DNA of 37,809 nt from a virus (lineage: Duplodnaviria > Heunggongvirae > Uroviricota > Caudoviricetes): positions 1-37,809 of the IMG/VR virus record IMGVR_UViG_2602041644_000008; one strand, 5' to 3'. Positions 1 to 7,535 of the stretch are shown one piece after another. The position numbers were made by a program, and so were the translations under genes. The notes beneath the pieces were generated by a model that was given only the letters and a program-made list of their open reading frames with translations, made no database searches and was not told where the DNA came from. Within the stretch, counting starts at the first letter, position 1. Each line of letters opens with the position of its first letter.

Positions 1-516
1 ATGAAATTTAAAAAATGTCTTCTGCCTGTGGCAATGTTAGCGTCATTCACTCTGGCAGGATGCCAGTCAAATGCTGATGATCATGCCGCCGATGTTTATC
101 AAACCGATCAACTGAATACCAAACAAGAAACTAAAACCGTTAATATTATTTCCATTCTTCCCGCAAAAGTTGCCGTAGACAACTCCCAAAATAAACGGAA
201 CGCACAAGCCTTCGGCGCGCTTATTGGTGCAGTCGCTGGCGGTGTAATCGGCCACAACGTGGGGTCTGGCAGCAATTCCGGAACGACGGCAGGTGCAGTT
301 GGCGGCGGAGCTGTTGGCGCGGCAGCGGGTTCTATGGTGAATGATAAAACCTTAGTGGAAGGTGTTTCTCTAACGTATAAGGAAGGCACCAAAGTGTATA
401 CCTCTACCCAGGTGGGTAAAGAGTGCCAGTTTACGACAGGTTTAGCCGTTGTTATTACCACGACGTATAACGAAACGCGTATTCAGCCAAATACGAAATG
501 TCCTGAAAAGAGCTAA
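1..516 (+). CDS. yfgH: Host outer-membrane glycine-zipper lipoprotein (YfgH-like)
   Basis: 171-aa ORF with a signal peptide ending in lipobox LTLAG|C and a Gly/Ala-rich glycine-zipper core (GALIGAVAGGVIGHNVGSGS...). I recognise the sequence as E. coli YfgH from memory. The yfgH-yfgI-guaA neighbourhood is reproduced here. Confidence 0.8.
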   Translation: MKFKKCLLPVAMLASFTLAGCQSNADDHAADVYQTDQLNTKQETKTVNIISILPAKVAVDNSQNKRNAQAFGALIGAVAGGVIGHNVGSGSNSGTTAGAVGGGAVGAAAGSMVNDKTLVEGVSLTYKEGTKVYTSTQVGKECQFTTGLAVVITTTYNETRIQPNTKCPEKS

Positions 517-531
517 TGATCAGGAGGAGTC

Positions 532-1071
532 ATGAAGAAAGTTTTTCTTTGCGCCATCTTAACCTCCTTAAGCTATCCGGCTATCGCCTCATCATTGCAG
601 GATCAACTCTCTGCTGTCGCAGAAGCGGAACAGCAAGGTAAAAATGAAGAGCAAAGGCAGCATGACGAATGGGTCGCGGAGCGCAACAGGGAAATCCAGC
701 AAGAGAAGCAACGTCGCGCAAACGCCCAGGCCGCCGCTAACAAAAGAGCGGCAACGGCAGCGGCAAATAAGAAAGCTCGTCAGGATAAACTGGACGCCGA
801 AGCCACTGCGGACAAAAAACGCGATCAAAGTTATGAAGATGAGCTACGCAGCTTAGAGATTCAGAAACAAAAACTGGCGCTGGCGAAAGAAGAAGCCCGC
901 GTTAAGCGAGAAAACGAATTTATCGATCAGGAACTGAAGCACAAAGCTGCGCAAACCGATGTGGTGCAATCTGAAGCTGACGCAAACAGGAATATGACTG
1001 AGGGCGGTCGCGATCTGATGAAAAGCGTGGGCAAAGCAGAAGAGAACAAATCGGACAGCTGGTTTAATTAA
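532..1071 (+). CDS. yfgI: Host secreted, highly charged coiled-coil protein (YfgI-like)
   Basis: 179-aa ORF with SD AGGAGGAG 5-12 nt upstream. N-terminal signal peptide (MKKVFLCAILTSLSYPAIA), then a Lys/Glu/Ala/Gln-rich helical sequence. Recalled as E. coli YfgI; sits directly after yfgH. Confidence 0.75.
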   Translation: MKKVFLCAILTSLSYPAIASSLQDQLSAVAEAEQQGKNEEQRQHDEWVAERNREIQQEKQRRANAQAAANKRAATAAANKKARQDKLDAEATADKKRDQSYEDELRSLEIQKQKLALAKEEARVKRENEFIDQELKHKAAQTDVVQSEADANRNMTEGGRDLMKSVGKAEENKSDSWFN

Positions 1072-1115
1072 TCGATGTAAGTAACTTCAAGCCTATAATT
1101 CTTGAAGATAAAAAA

Positions 1116-1141
1116 CCCTCTGTAGTAACAGAGGGTTTTGT
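1116..1141 (+). terminator. Rho-independent terminator after yfgI
   Basis: CCCTCTG-TAGTAA-CAGAGGG stem-loop followed by TTTTG, with an A-run upstream (possibly bidirectional). Confidence 0.8.
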
Positions 1142-1165
1142 TCATTCATAGTGCAGGGATCAAAA

Positions 1166-1180
1166 TCATTCCCACTCAAT
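1166..1180 (-). other. Remnant of the guaA 3' end at the host/prophage junction (att core region)
   Basis: The minus strand reads ATT GAG TGG GAA TGA (I-E-W-E-stop), matching my recollection of the GuaA C-terminus (...TIEWE). An in-frame TAA lies two codons upstream, so only the last few codons are present. Phage lysis genes start about 90 nt further on. Confidence 0.55.
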
Positions 1181-1267
1181 TATTTACGATACACATAAAC
1201 AATTGACTGATAACAACTTTCTTCCACATGATTTTCACCGTACCGTTTTATATACCGTCACCGGAAA

Positions 1268-1765
1268 TCAGTGCCACGATTTTTGCTTCTTCAGTGAATC
1301 GTATTGCTGTTCGCAGGATTCTCCTGCAATCCGATACTTTTCAGCCTCAGCTGCTGTTGCGTTGTAAACTCGGTTGCTTTCTTCAAGCATGTCGGCGAGC
1401 ACACCGATGACCTTGCTGGCTGGCGTGCCAGTGGGGAAAGATCCGGTATAGTGTTCGGCGAGTCGCTTGGTTTTGTCAAGCTCGGCGCGCAGGCTGTCAG
1501 CAGCGGCATTAGCATGCTCAGCATCAACACGCGCCACATCGATACGGGATTGTGCTTCACGTTCAATTTGTGTTTTCTCCTGATCACGTTGTGACCTGGC
1601 CTTATCATCAGCCTGTTTCTGATCTTCCTGTGCCTGCGCATACCCGGCGTCGTACTGACGACTGCCGTGTGCATTCCAGGCTACAACTCCTGATATGACC
1701 AGAACAGCAAGCATCGCCATGATAACCAACTGTTTCCAGTATGCTTTTGCGAATGCCCAGATCAT
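1268..1765 (-). CDS. i-spanin (Rz-like)
   Basis: 165 aa with an N-terminal TM helix ([18 protein letters not shown]) followed by a charged coiled-coil periplasmic domain. Start overlaps the endolysin stop. Last gene of the lysis cassette. Confidence 0.85.
   Translation of the reverse strand: MIWAFAKAYWKQLVIMAMLAVLVISGVVAWNAHGSRQYDAGYAQAQEDQKQADDKARSQRDQEKTQIEREAQSRIDVARVDAEHANAAADSLRAELDKTKRLAEHYTGSFPTGTPASKVIGVLADMLEESNRVYNATAAEAEKYRIAGESCEQQYDSLKKQKSWH
1291..1539 (-). CDS. o-spanin (Rz1-like), fully embedded in the +1 frame of the i-spanin gene
   Basis: The internal Met of the 127-aa alternate-frame ORF gives [16 protein letters not shown]|C with lipobox LTAC, followed by a Pro-rich mature part ([24 protein letters not shown]). 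Starts at 1524 or 1515 are also possible. Confidence 0.7.
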   Translation of the reverse strand: MWRVLMLSMLMPLLTACAPSLTKPSDSPNTIPDLSPLARQPARSSVCSPTCLKKATEFTTQQQLRLKSIGLQENPANSNTIH

Positions 1766-2391
1766 ACCGCCAGCACCTTACTGGCAGTGATGTATCGCGC
1801 GCGCCGGTCATCAATGCCGTTCCGGCCACCATTGATAAGCAGAGTTACACGTGCAATATCTCCGGTATACTTCATGCAGCCTTTGCTGGAGAAGAACCAG
1901 GCCGCGCTACGAGCCGCGTATTCGTCCTGTGCCAGCAGTTCAGGATTCTCCAGCAGGTCAACTTTCAGACCGTTTCCGCAGTCACGATAGTTATTCAAAC
2001 CGGTAATCTGGATAAGCCCGCGCCCACGGTAATTCCAGCCATCGCCGGGAGCATTGTTACCCATGCGTTTGCTGTATACCAGATTTGCGATCGCGCGCTG
2101 GCGCTCAAGTGGCAATGGTGGTTCACCAGCGCGGCGCCCCAGTGCATTAGCCTGTCCCTGGGTGAGGCGTCCAGTCCGGACAAAGCTTGCCAGTCCGGTA
2201 ACGCTGTAGTTGAAATTCTCCTGCAACCTAGTGAACCCCCCAGACTCATGCCCAACTTGAGCAATAAACATTGCCTGATCTTCTGCTTTGCTGATACCAA
2301 ACTCTTTCATCGCAGAAGTTATATGCGAGAACCAGCGAGCGGCCAGCGCCTCGCTAATACCAGCAGCTCGCTGGAATTGTTTAATCTCCAT
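1762..2391 (-). CDS. Endolysin, glycoside hydrolase family 19 (chitinase-like)
   Basis: 209 aa with GH19-type motifs ([31 protein letters not shown]). Lies between the holin-like genes and the spanins. Confidence 0.85.
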   Translation of the reverse strand: MEIKQFQRAAGISEALAARWFSHITSAMKEFGISKAEDQAMFIAQVGHESGGFTRLQENFNYSVTGLASFVRTGRLTQGQANALGRRAGEPPLPLERQRAIANLVYSKRMGNNAPGDGWNYRGRGLIQITGLNNYRDCGNGLKVDLLENPELLAQDEYAARSAAWFFSSKGCMKYTGDIARVTLLINGGRNGIDDRRARYITASKVLAV

Positions 2392-2689
2392 GTTTAGACC
2401 TCGTTATTTTGAAAATCTGAACGACGTTACCGCGCGTTTTAATAACCGCAGCAAGCATGACAGCGTTGATAATGACCTCAGATAAATCCACAGCCATTGG
2501 CGTGCGTAACCAGATTGCATAGACGACACGAACTGGAATACTGGCTGCAGCAACAATCAGGAAATAAGCAAGCCATCCCCCCCATCTTCGGTGTTGTGAA
2601 CCGTTACGCCGGAAAGTGACAACGCGAATTGCTATGCCAGTACAAATAACTGCATTGGTGATAAGCAAAAAAAACTCATGCGTTACCAT
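2381..2689 (-). CDS. Holin-like small membrane protein
   Basis: 102 aa with about three hydrophobic helices and a charged C-terminus (KITRSKHGD). Overlaps the endolysin start. Confidence 0.6.
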   Translation of the reverse strand: MVTHEFFLLITNAVICTGIAIRVVTFRRNGSQHRRWGGWLAYFLIVAAASIPVRVVYAIWLRTPMAVDLSEVIINAVMLAAVIKTRGNVVQIFKITRSKHGD

Positions 2690-3092
2690 CGTCTTTTCTC
2701 CCCGGAATTAACTCGCGTGGATTATCGGAACGGTGATAGAGCCAGATGCCAATTCGTACTGCGACGATTGCTGACACAAATGCGCCAGCAGAGAAAACAA
2801 TCCCTTTCTCGAAAGAGTCCTGCGTGATGGTAGGTATCAGGCTGGCTATGCCGATAAGAATTGATGCTGCTGGTTTGTAGAAAAGAAGTCCGCAGAGAAA
2901 ACTAAGCATCGACAAGAGTACGCGACGACGAATTGGGTACTCTACCGCAGAGGTAACAAAAATTACCGCGCCAGCCAAAGCTCCCAAAGCAACCTCAGGA
3001 GGCACTCCTGCTATCACCGCCGCCAGAGAACTCATGCTAAGCCACTGATTTAATGTTTCACTGGTTAGTTGAGCTGACATATTTTCCACCAT
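2676..3092 (-). CDS. Holin/antiholin-like multi-TM membrane protein
   Basis: 138 aa with about four TM segments and a charged C-terminal tail. Two close starts (MVENM; GGTGGA precedes the second ATG at 3080), as in dual-start holins. First gene of the lysis cassette. Confidence 0.6.
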   Translation of the reverse strand: MVENMSAQLTSETLNQWLSMSSLAAVIAGVPPEVALGALAGAVIFVTSAVEYPIRRRVLLSMLSFLCGLLFYKPAASILIGIASLIPTITQDSFEKGIVFSAGAFVSAIVAVRIGIWLYHRSDNPRELIPGRKDDGNA

Positions 3093-3301
3093 TTATATGC
3101 ATAACGACCCCCTAAATAGTAAAACATCATGCATGATAAACCATTTGTGGTTTTTTGTTACCCTGACATCGTCAATCCCCTGCCTTTGATGTCGATAATA
3201 AGGCTCGCCTTTTACATAACTCTGAACAGATTGCAGTACAGAAATGATTTAAAATATAGAGGCTTAGTTGAATTCCGCGCCATCAAATGGCGCGGTAGCA
3301 G

Positions 3302-3586
3302 TCAAATATAGAAATAAACACCAAAACAAACAGTAACAGGAACAACAAAGTCAAACAGGCTTCCAACATCCCATACGCGCGGATCAAAACCGCCCCACCA
3401 CGGCATGTTCATACGCTTGCCATGCCCGAACATTTCAATCCAGCGATATTCTGCCTGGGTGTGTTCACGCGCAATGAAGAACGTACAACCAGCTATCGCT
3501 CCATAAGCCCAGTTTCCGGTAAAAAGGCCAATCAGTACCTGCGAAGCCACAGCACAAAACGCATGAAGGAAAGGTGTTATATCCAT
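3302..3586 (-). CDS. Small polytopic membrane protein of unknown function (candidate surface/O-antigen modifier or exclusion factor)
   Basis: The track ORF is 3302..3649, but ATG at 3586 (MDITPFLH...) has SD AAAGGAG 6 nt upstream, giving 94 aa with about three hydrophobic segments. Lies immediately downstream of the tailspike gene. A CCGCGCCAT-CAA-ATGGCGCGG hairpin sits at 3276-3296 after the stop. Confidence 0.6.
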   Translation of the reverse strand: MDITPFLHAFCAVASQVLIGLFTGNWAYGAIAGCTFFIAREHTQAEYRWIEMFGHGKRMNMPWWGGFDPRVWDVGSLFDFVVPVTVCFGVYFYI

Positions 3587-3620
3587 TATCGCTCCTTTAA
3601 CATAAGGATAAATAAACACT

Positions 3621-5936
3621 TCATAAAATAGATTTCGTCTTTGTAACAATAATATCTACAAAATCACCTGCAGATATAGCTGATGGTACTGTATCTGCAA
3701 GAGTAATCTTTTCTGAAGAGATGTTTTGCACATCTAATAATTTATTTTCAACCCCATCCGTATATACCAATTTGACATCACTGAATGGAGGGTAATAAGT
3801 GACTGTTCCTTGGTATACATATATTTCAATGCCTGAAATTGATTTCACTACATACCTGCCCCTTACAAGATTAATTTTGAGTTCAGATAAATCGGTTTTA
3901 TAACAGGTAATTCCTGAACCAATGTTAGCCATACTAATATCAGTATCACTATAATAAGTAATTGCTTTTCCTTGTTTTAAGGTGAAGTTATCTTTGCTTT
4001 TCCTTGGCAAGGATGTGCTATTTTTGTAATATCTACCAGTTAAGCATAGCCATGAAAATGCAGTATTCGCTACATTACCACCAGAATACACAGCTAAACG
4101 AATTGCACTAACTGGAACCCCTTCATTATTAATCCTGATCTTAATGGAAGAAATGTTAGCAACAGTAGCATATCTATGGTTAGATGAATCCCATTGCATA
4201 GAAGAAGTTATTGCTTCTGTTTGTGAAGTTATGACATTCCCATCTCCATCTAATGCATACAGGTAAATGCGAAACGATGCCGTATCTGCTGAGAATGTAA
4301 ACATATCACCATTTCTTACTGGTACATCTCCAGATTCCCATAACAACCCAAAATTCCGCATAAAAGCAAACTTAGAAGAAACTAGGTGACGGATATTATA
4401 TAAACCATCTACATCTGTTTGATATGCTAATACACCAACTTCTCCATTGTTGGCACTGGATATAAATGGGGTGTTAGCATTTAAAGAAAACAATGTTACT
4501 TCATCGGATATATTTTCCTGAACATGAAATACTGCATTCCCCTTGCCATTATCAGTTACCTCTACATAAGTGTAAGGTGATGGATTGTATGGTTCATTTG
4601 TATAGTAAGGAGAACTTAACCATGAAGCCTCAATTGAGTTATTCCACGTATATTCACCAAAGTTAATTATCAACTGTTGGTTAGTTGGGGATGATGGATA
4701 TCGTTCAAAACGAAACCCGTAGAAGTAATTGTTATCACCTCTTTGAATATCAATTTTACCTGCCCCCTCCATAGTTCCACCATAAAACTTATTGTGGTTA
4801 TGATGATATGGATTATCAGCGAAAATTATATTATTCGTACGATTCAGATAAAAATAGTTTTCATTTATCCATCCGTTCTCAACTCCAAGAAAATGAATTG
4901 TATCGACCTTTTTCAGGTTAAAGGTTGAGTATGCTATTGAATAATCCGTCGATGCCACCGAAGCATTATAATTTGCATATAACTGTAAGTAGTCGCAACG
5001 CTCAATGTTTATATGCTGCCCTTTTGCCCCGATAATACGAATATCCGGTGTCGTTTCAGATGAAATACCAGAATTTCTGATAATCGTTCCGAAGTTTTGT
5101 CTTGGGTTGTTAGGGTTTGATGCATTCCCGCCAAGCAATACCCCTATTCCTGAGTGGGATATGGTAAAAACAGCATTGGTCATTTCGAGGCTGACATTAC
5201 GAAGATTTAATGTCTCCGTAATAATAAAATTACCTTCCGCTCGTAATGTTCTGGATGATTCTCGTGCATATTCTGCAGCCAGGATCAATGCAGATGTATC
5301 ATCTGTTATACCATCGCCTTTTGCCCCAAAATCGCAAACACTAACGGTGTCTCTCATCTTATCCTGGAACGTTCGGTATACTGCTCCAGAACCATACTGA
5401 ATAAACCAACCAAAACCACCAACAACCCCGGCGATTGCAGCATCGACATAATTACGCATTGAGCGATTATTTACAGCGTCCTGCTCAAGTGATGGATCTG
5501 CAAGGTTAGAAATTTTGTTTTGCTTTGCATCGTAATATTTTGCAAGCAAAGATGGTTTCATCAATGCACGTCTGAACCACCCAAAACATTGCTGGATCAG
5601 CATCGTCAGGTAGTCAAAAGCATCTTCATGCACTTCGGGGAAAAATTTTCCCTGATTGCGAAGATCTGTCTCCTGCACTACATCAAGCACACGATCTATC
5701 GTAATTCGCCAGCCAGCAGCAAGCGGAGACGGCAGAACCACTGAACCGCCACTATAAGTGCCCGCCCCAGTTACCGTATAACCGGTATCCAGAACCAATT
5801 CTGTTACGTTCCCGTTCAGGTCAGACACCTGAACAACCAGGTCTGATTTTCTGAAAATTCGAAAAGTATACGGAAACGATGTCGTAACGCCGTTACCTGT
5901 GTATTCGTTGTGGTCAACTTCGGTTGAGACCGTCAT
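3621..5936 (-). CDS. Tailspike (conserved N-terminal particle-binding domain + pectate-lyase-like beta-helix receptor domain)
   Basis: 771 aa. The N-terminus (MTVSTEVDHNEYTGNGVTTSFPYTFRIF...) is the type I recall from epsilon15/phiV10 tailspikes. Motif VCDFGAKGDGITDDTSAL is typical of Pectate_lyase_3 beta-helix tailspikes. The C-terminal two thirds are AT-rich. Confidence 0.85.
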   Translation of the reverse strand: MTVSTEVDHNEYTGNGVTTSFPYTFRIFRKSDLVVQVSDLNGNVTELVLDTGYTVTGAGTYSGGSVVLPSPLAAGWRITIDRVLDVVQETDLRNQGKFFPEVHEDAFDYLTMLIQQCFGWFRRALMKPSLLAKYYDAKQNKISNLADPSLEQDAVNNRSMRNYVDAAIAGVVGGFGWFIQYGSGAVYRTFQDKMRDTVSVCDFGAKGDGITDDTSALILAAEYARESSRTLRAEGNFIITETLNLRNVSLEMTNAVFTISHSGIGVLLGGNASNPNNPRQNFGTIIRNSGISSETTPDIRIIGAKGQHINIERCDYLQLYANYNASVASTDYSIAYSTFNLKKVDTIHFLGVENGWINENYFYLNRTNNIIFADNPYHHNHNKFYGGTMEGAGKIDIQRGDNNYFYGFRFERYPSSPTNQQLIINFGEYTWNNSIEASWLSSPYYTNEPYNPSPYTYVEVTDNGKGNAVFHVQENISDEVTLFSLNANTPFISSANNGEVGVLAYQTDVDGLYNIRHLVSSKFAFMRNFGLLWESGDVPVRNGDMFTFSADTASFRIYLYALDGDGNVITSQTEAITSSMQWDSSNHRYATVANISSIKIRINNEGVPVSAIRLAVYSGGNVANTAFSWLCLTGRYYKNSTSLPRKSKDNFTLKQGKAITYYSDTDISMANIGSGITCYKTDLSELKINLVRGRYVVKSISGIEIYVYQGTVTYYPPFSDVKLVYTDGVENKLLDVQNISSEKITLADTVPSAISAGDFVDIIVTKTKSIL

Positions 5937-6040
5937 GTTAAATCTCCAGATAGTCGCAGCACCCGTTGCGCCGCATATCTGGTTATTCTATTACCCAAAA
6001 AACCATATATGGATAGAAAGACTGTGAATATGAATAGATA

Positions 6041-6055
6041 TTACCTTTCAGGTAA
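6041..6055. promoter_or_regulatory. Operator copy (exact TTACC-N5-GGTAA)
   Basis: TTACCTTTCAGGTAA, intergenic, about 50 nt upstream of the LexA box and small antirepressor gene. Preceded by TAGATA. Confidence 0.75.
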
Positions 6056-6092
6056 TTTGCAAAACGTGCTGGATAGCAAACAAATTATTTGC

Positions 6093-6112
6093 TACTGTAT
6101 AAATATACAGTT
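6093..6112. promoter_or_regulatory. LexA (SOS) box
   Basis: TACTGTATAAATATACAGTT is a CTG-N10-CAG palindrome with an AT-rich centre, a near-perfect match to the E. coli consensus TACTG(TA)5CAGTA. It ends 5 nt before ATG 6118 and 20 nt before ATG 6133. Confidence 0.85.
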
Positions 6113-6132
6113 ATTGCATGGAGAAGATTAAG

Positions 6133-6390
6133 ATGCAGCAGTATCACTATCCACTGGAAGACGGATTTACCGAAAGGATTCACACGCCGGGAGGCGTCAG
6201 GTCACTGGTGGAGGGATCGCACTTGATGAAATTACTCCGGGATCTCGATAAGGATGGATTTAATGTCGATGGCCCACTTGCCGAACTGACTGCACTGATT
6301 AACTACGTCACCAGCTCACAGATGTCTATGCAGGATCTGCAAACACATCTCGACTATTGTGCCGAACAATTACGAAAACAAACCACATAA
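6133..6390 (+). CDS. Small LexA-controlled antirepressor candidate
   Basis: The track ORF starts at 6118. ATG 6133 has SD GGAG at 6121-6124 and leaves room for a transcript starting after the LexA box, giving 85 aa. The C-terminal 60 aa are homologous to the C-terminus of the Bro-N protein at 7536-8228. Confidence 0.65.
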   Translation: MQQYHYPLEDGFTERIHTPGGVRSLVEGSHLMKLLRDLDKDGFNVDGPLAELTALINYVTSSQMSMQDLQTHLDYCAEQLRKQTT

Positions 6391-6396
6391 AGAAAA

Positions 6397-6412
6397 GGCC
6401 GCTAGAGCGGCC
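6397..6412. terminator. Bidirectional terminator between convergent genes
   Basis: GGCCGCT-AGA-GCGGCC hairpin flanked by an A-run (left) and a T-rich tract (right). Lies between the stop of 6133-6390 (+) and the stop of 6412-7140 (-). Confidence 0.7.
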
Positions 6413-7140
6413 TATCGTTTCGCTTTGTGCTCGTCCCAGCACGTTTTGCACCATGCCATTAAGCCATCCGCATTTTGATTATTAGGGTAAAAGCTGGTTC
6501 GTTTTCTGCGGACATTACAAATTGGGCACCACTTCATATGGCGTGTATTCTTTGGACCATCGAGACACCTTGCACACCACTTAGTCAATCCATCTGGATT
6601 TTTTGACGATTTCCTGAATTTTTCATATGGAAGGTTTATTCTGCATCGCAAGCACTGCTTGCTACCACTTGAAACTCTGTTAGCTGATTCTTCTTTTGGC
6701 GGCGATACAGAAGGTATTCTTGCTGGCTCTGATACTGCCTGAGGTGCTTTTTTAGATGACTGAGACGATATGTCATCACCAGGGAATCGTCCATGATATG
6801 CCGGACGCGTTGACACTCCAGGTGGAAGCTCTGCTGTAAATGGCTTTGGCTGAATCAGTTGCCTCTCTTTTGCTAACTCCTGCTGTTTATAATATGTCTG
6901 GATTACCGCACTATCATAAGCAGGAGGTGCGGAAATATTAGGCGCATTACCTCCAGTTTTTTGAAACTGAGTAGAGGTGTGTTCTATCACCTGTGTACGA
7001 TTAATCGTTATCTCCCCATCTTCGGTCTTTATCGTTTTGTTATGATTAACGACCGTACGATCAGAGATCTTAGTCTTGTTCTGGTTGATAACATAAATAA
7101 TCACCGCAACCACACCAACAACTATCCAGAAAACTTCCAT
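6412..7140 (-). CDS. Membrane-anchored protein with two C-terminal CxxC...WCxxC zinc-ribbon repeats
   Basis: 242 aa. N-terminal TM helix (FWIVVGVVAVIIYVI) followed by Lys/Arg (N-out/C-in predicted). About 130 aa of low-complexity Pro/Ser/Gln linker. Two repeats: CLRCRINLPYEKFRKSSKNPDGLTKWCARC and CPICNVRRKRTSFYPNNQNADGLMAWCKTC. SD GAGGAAAAG. Confidence 0.8.
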   Translation of the reverse strand: MEVFWIVVGVVAVIIYVINQNKTKISDRTVVNHNKTIKTEDGEITINRTQVIEHTSTQFQKTGGNAPNISAPPAYDSAVIQTYYKQQELAKERQLIQPKPFTAELPPGVSTRPAYHGRFPGDDISSQSSKKAPQAVSEPARIPSVSPPKEESANRVSSGSKQCLRCRINLPYEKFRKSSKNPDGLTKWCARCLDGPKNTRHMKWCPICNVRRKRTSFYPNNQNADGLMAWCKTCWDEHKAKR

Positions 7141-7160
7141 TGCTTTTCCTCACAATAACA

Positions 7161-7175
7161 TTACCTTAAAGGTAA
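7161..7175. promoter_or_regulatory. Operator copy (exact)
   Basis: TTACCTTAAAGGTAA, 20 nt upstream of the start of the minus-strand Zn-ribbon gene. On the minus strand it is preceded by AGATAT (-10-like). Confidence 0.75.
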
Positions 7176-7224
7176 TATCTTGCTTTCAGGTGATCAAGCG
7201 TTAAACGCAATCAACCAAATAAGG

Positions 7225-7254
7225 TTGATTTTAATATTTCTTCGCGTTTATCAT
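7225..7254 (+). promoter_or_regulatory. Sigma70-like promoter for the antirepressor leader
   Basis: TTGATT-N18-TATCAT. The -35 hexamer is the right arm of an 8-bp inverted repeat AATCAACC-N6-GGTTGATT (7209-7230). The last T of the -10 is the first T of the operator at 7254. Confidence 0.5.
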
Positions 7255-7268
7255 TACCTTTTAGGTAA
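7254..7268. promoter_or_regulatory. Operator copy (exact)
   Basis: TTACCTTTTAGGTAA, abutting the -10-like hexamer TATCAT. Confidence 0.75.
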
Positions 7269-7381
7269 ATTTACATCGCACTCCTCTTGTGCCATAGTAA
7301 TTGGGCACTGGCAAAATCCAGTGCCGGGATTGGTCTCCCGGATTACTACAGAGGCACATATGCCGCATAAGCGGTTTTTTT
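7262..7381 (+). ncRNA. Candidate small RNA / terminated leader upstream of the Bro-N antirepressor gene
   Basis: No credible ORF. Hairpins GGCACTGG-CAAAAT-CCAGTGCC (7304-7325) and CCGGGA-TTGGTC-TCCCGG (7325-7342), then CCGC-ATAA-GCGG + T7 (7363-7381). The start is inferred from the promoter above. Confidence 0.35.
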
Positions 7382-7535
7382 ATGTGTAAAGCGCACCTAT
7401 TCTATGGTGAGCTGTGTGGGGGCACCGAAAGGTGCGCCGGGTTCCTTTGTAGCCGGTAAGACCAACTCTGCACAGTTCACCACCATCTGATTGGTCTCAG
7501 CGGTGGTGATTAACCTAACTACAAAGGTGATCGCC

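Noticed and set aside
1228-2397. Plus-strand ORFs antisense to the lysis cassette (1228-1410, 1304-1594, 1741-2397, 1787-1990)
   Set aside because: They are antisense to the endolysin and spanin genes, which have clear motifs. No SDs are present.
2187-2956. One-mismatch operator-like sequences inside lysis genes (TTGCCAGTCCGGTAA at 2187-2201; CTACCGCAGAGGTAA at 2942-2956)
   Set aside because: About one single-mismatch match is expected by chance in 38 kb (30 x 0.036). Both are intragenic with no promoter context, so I do not count them as operators.
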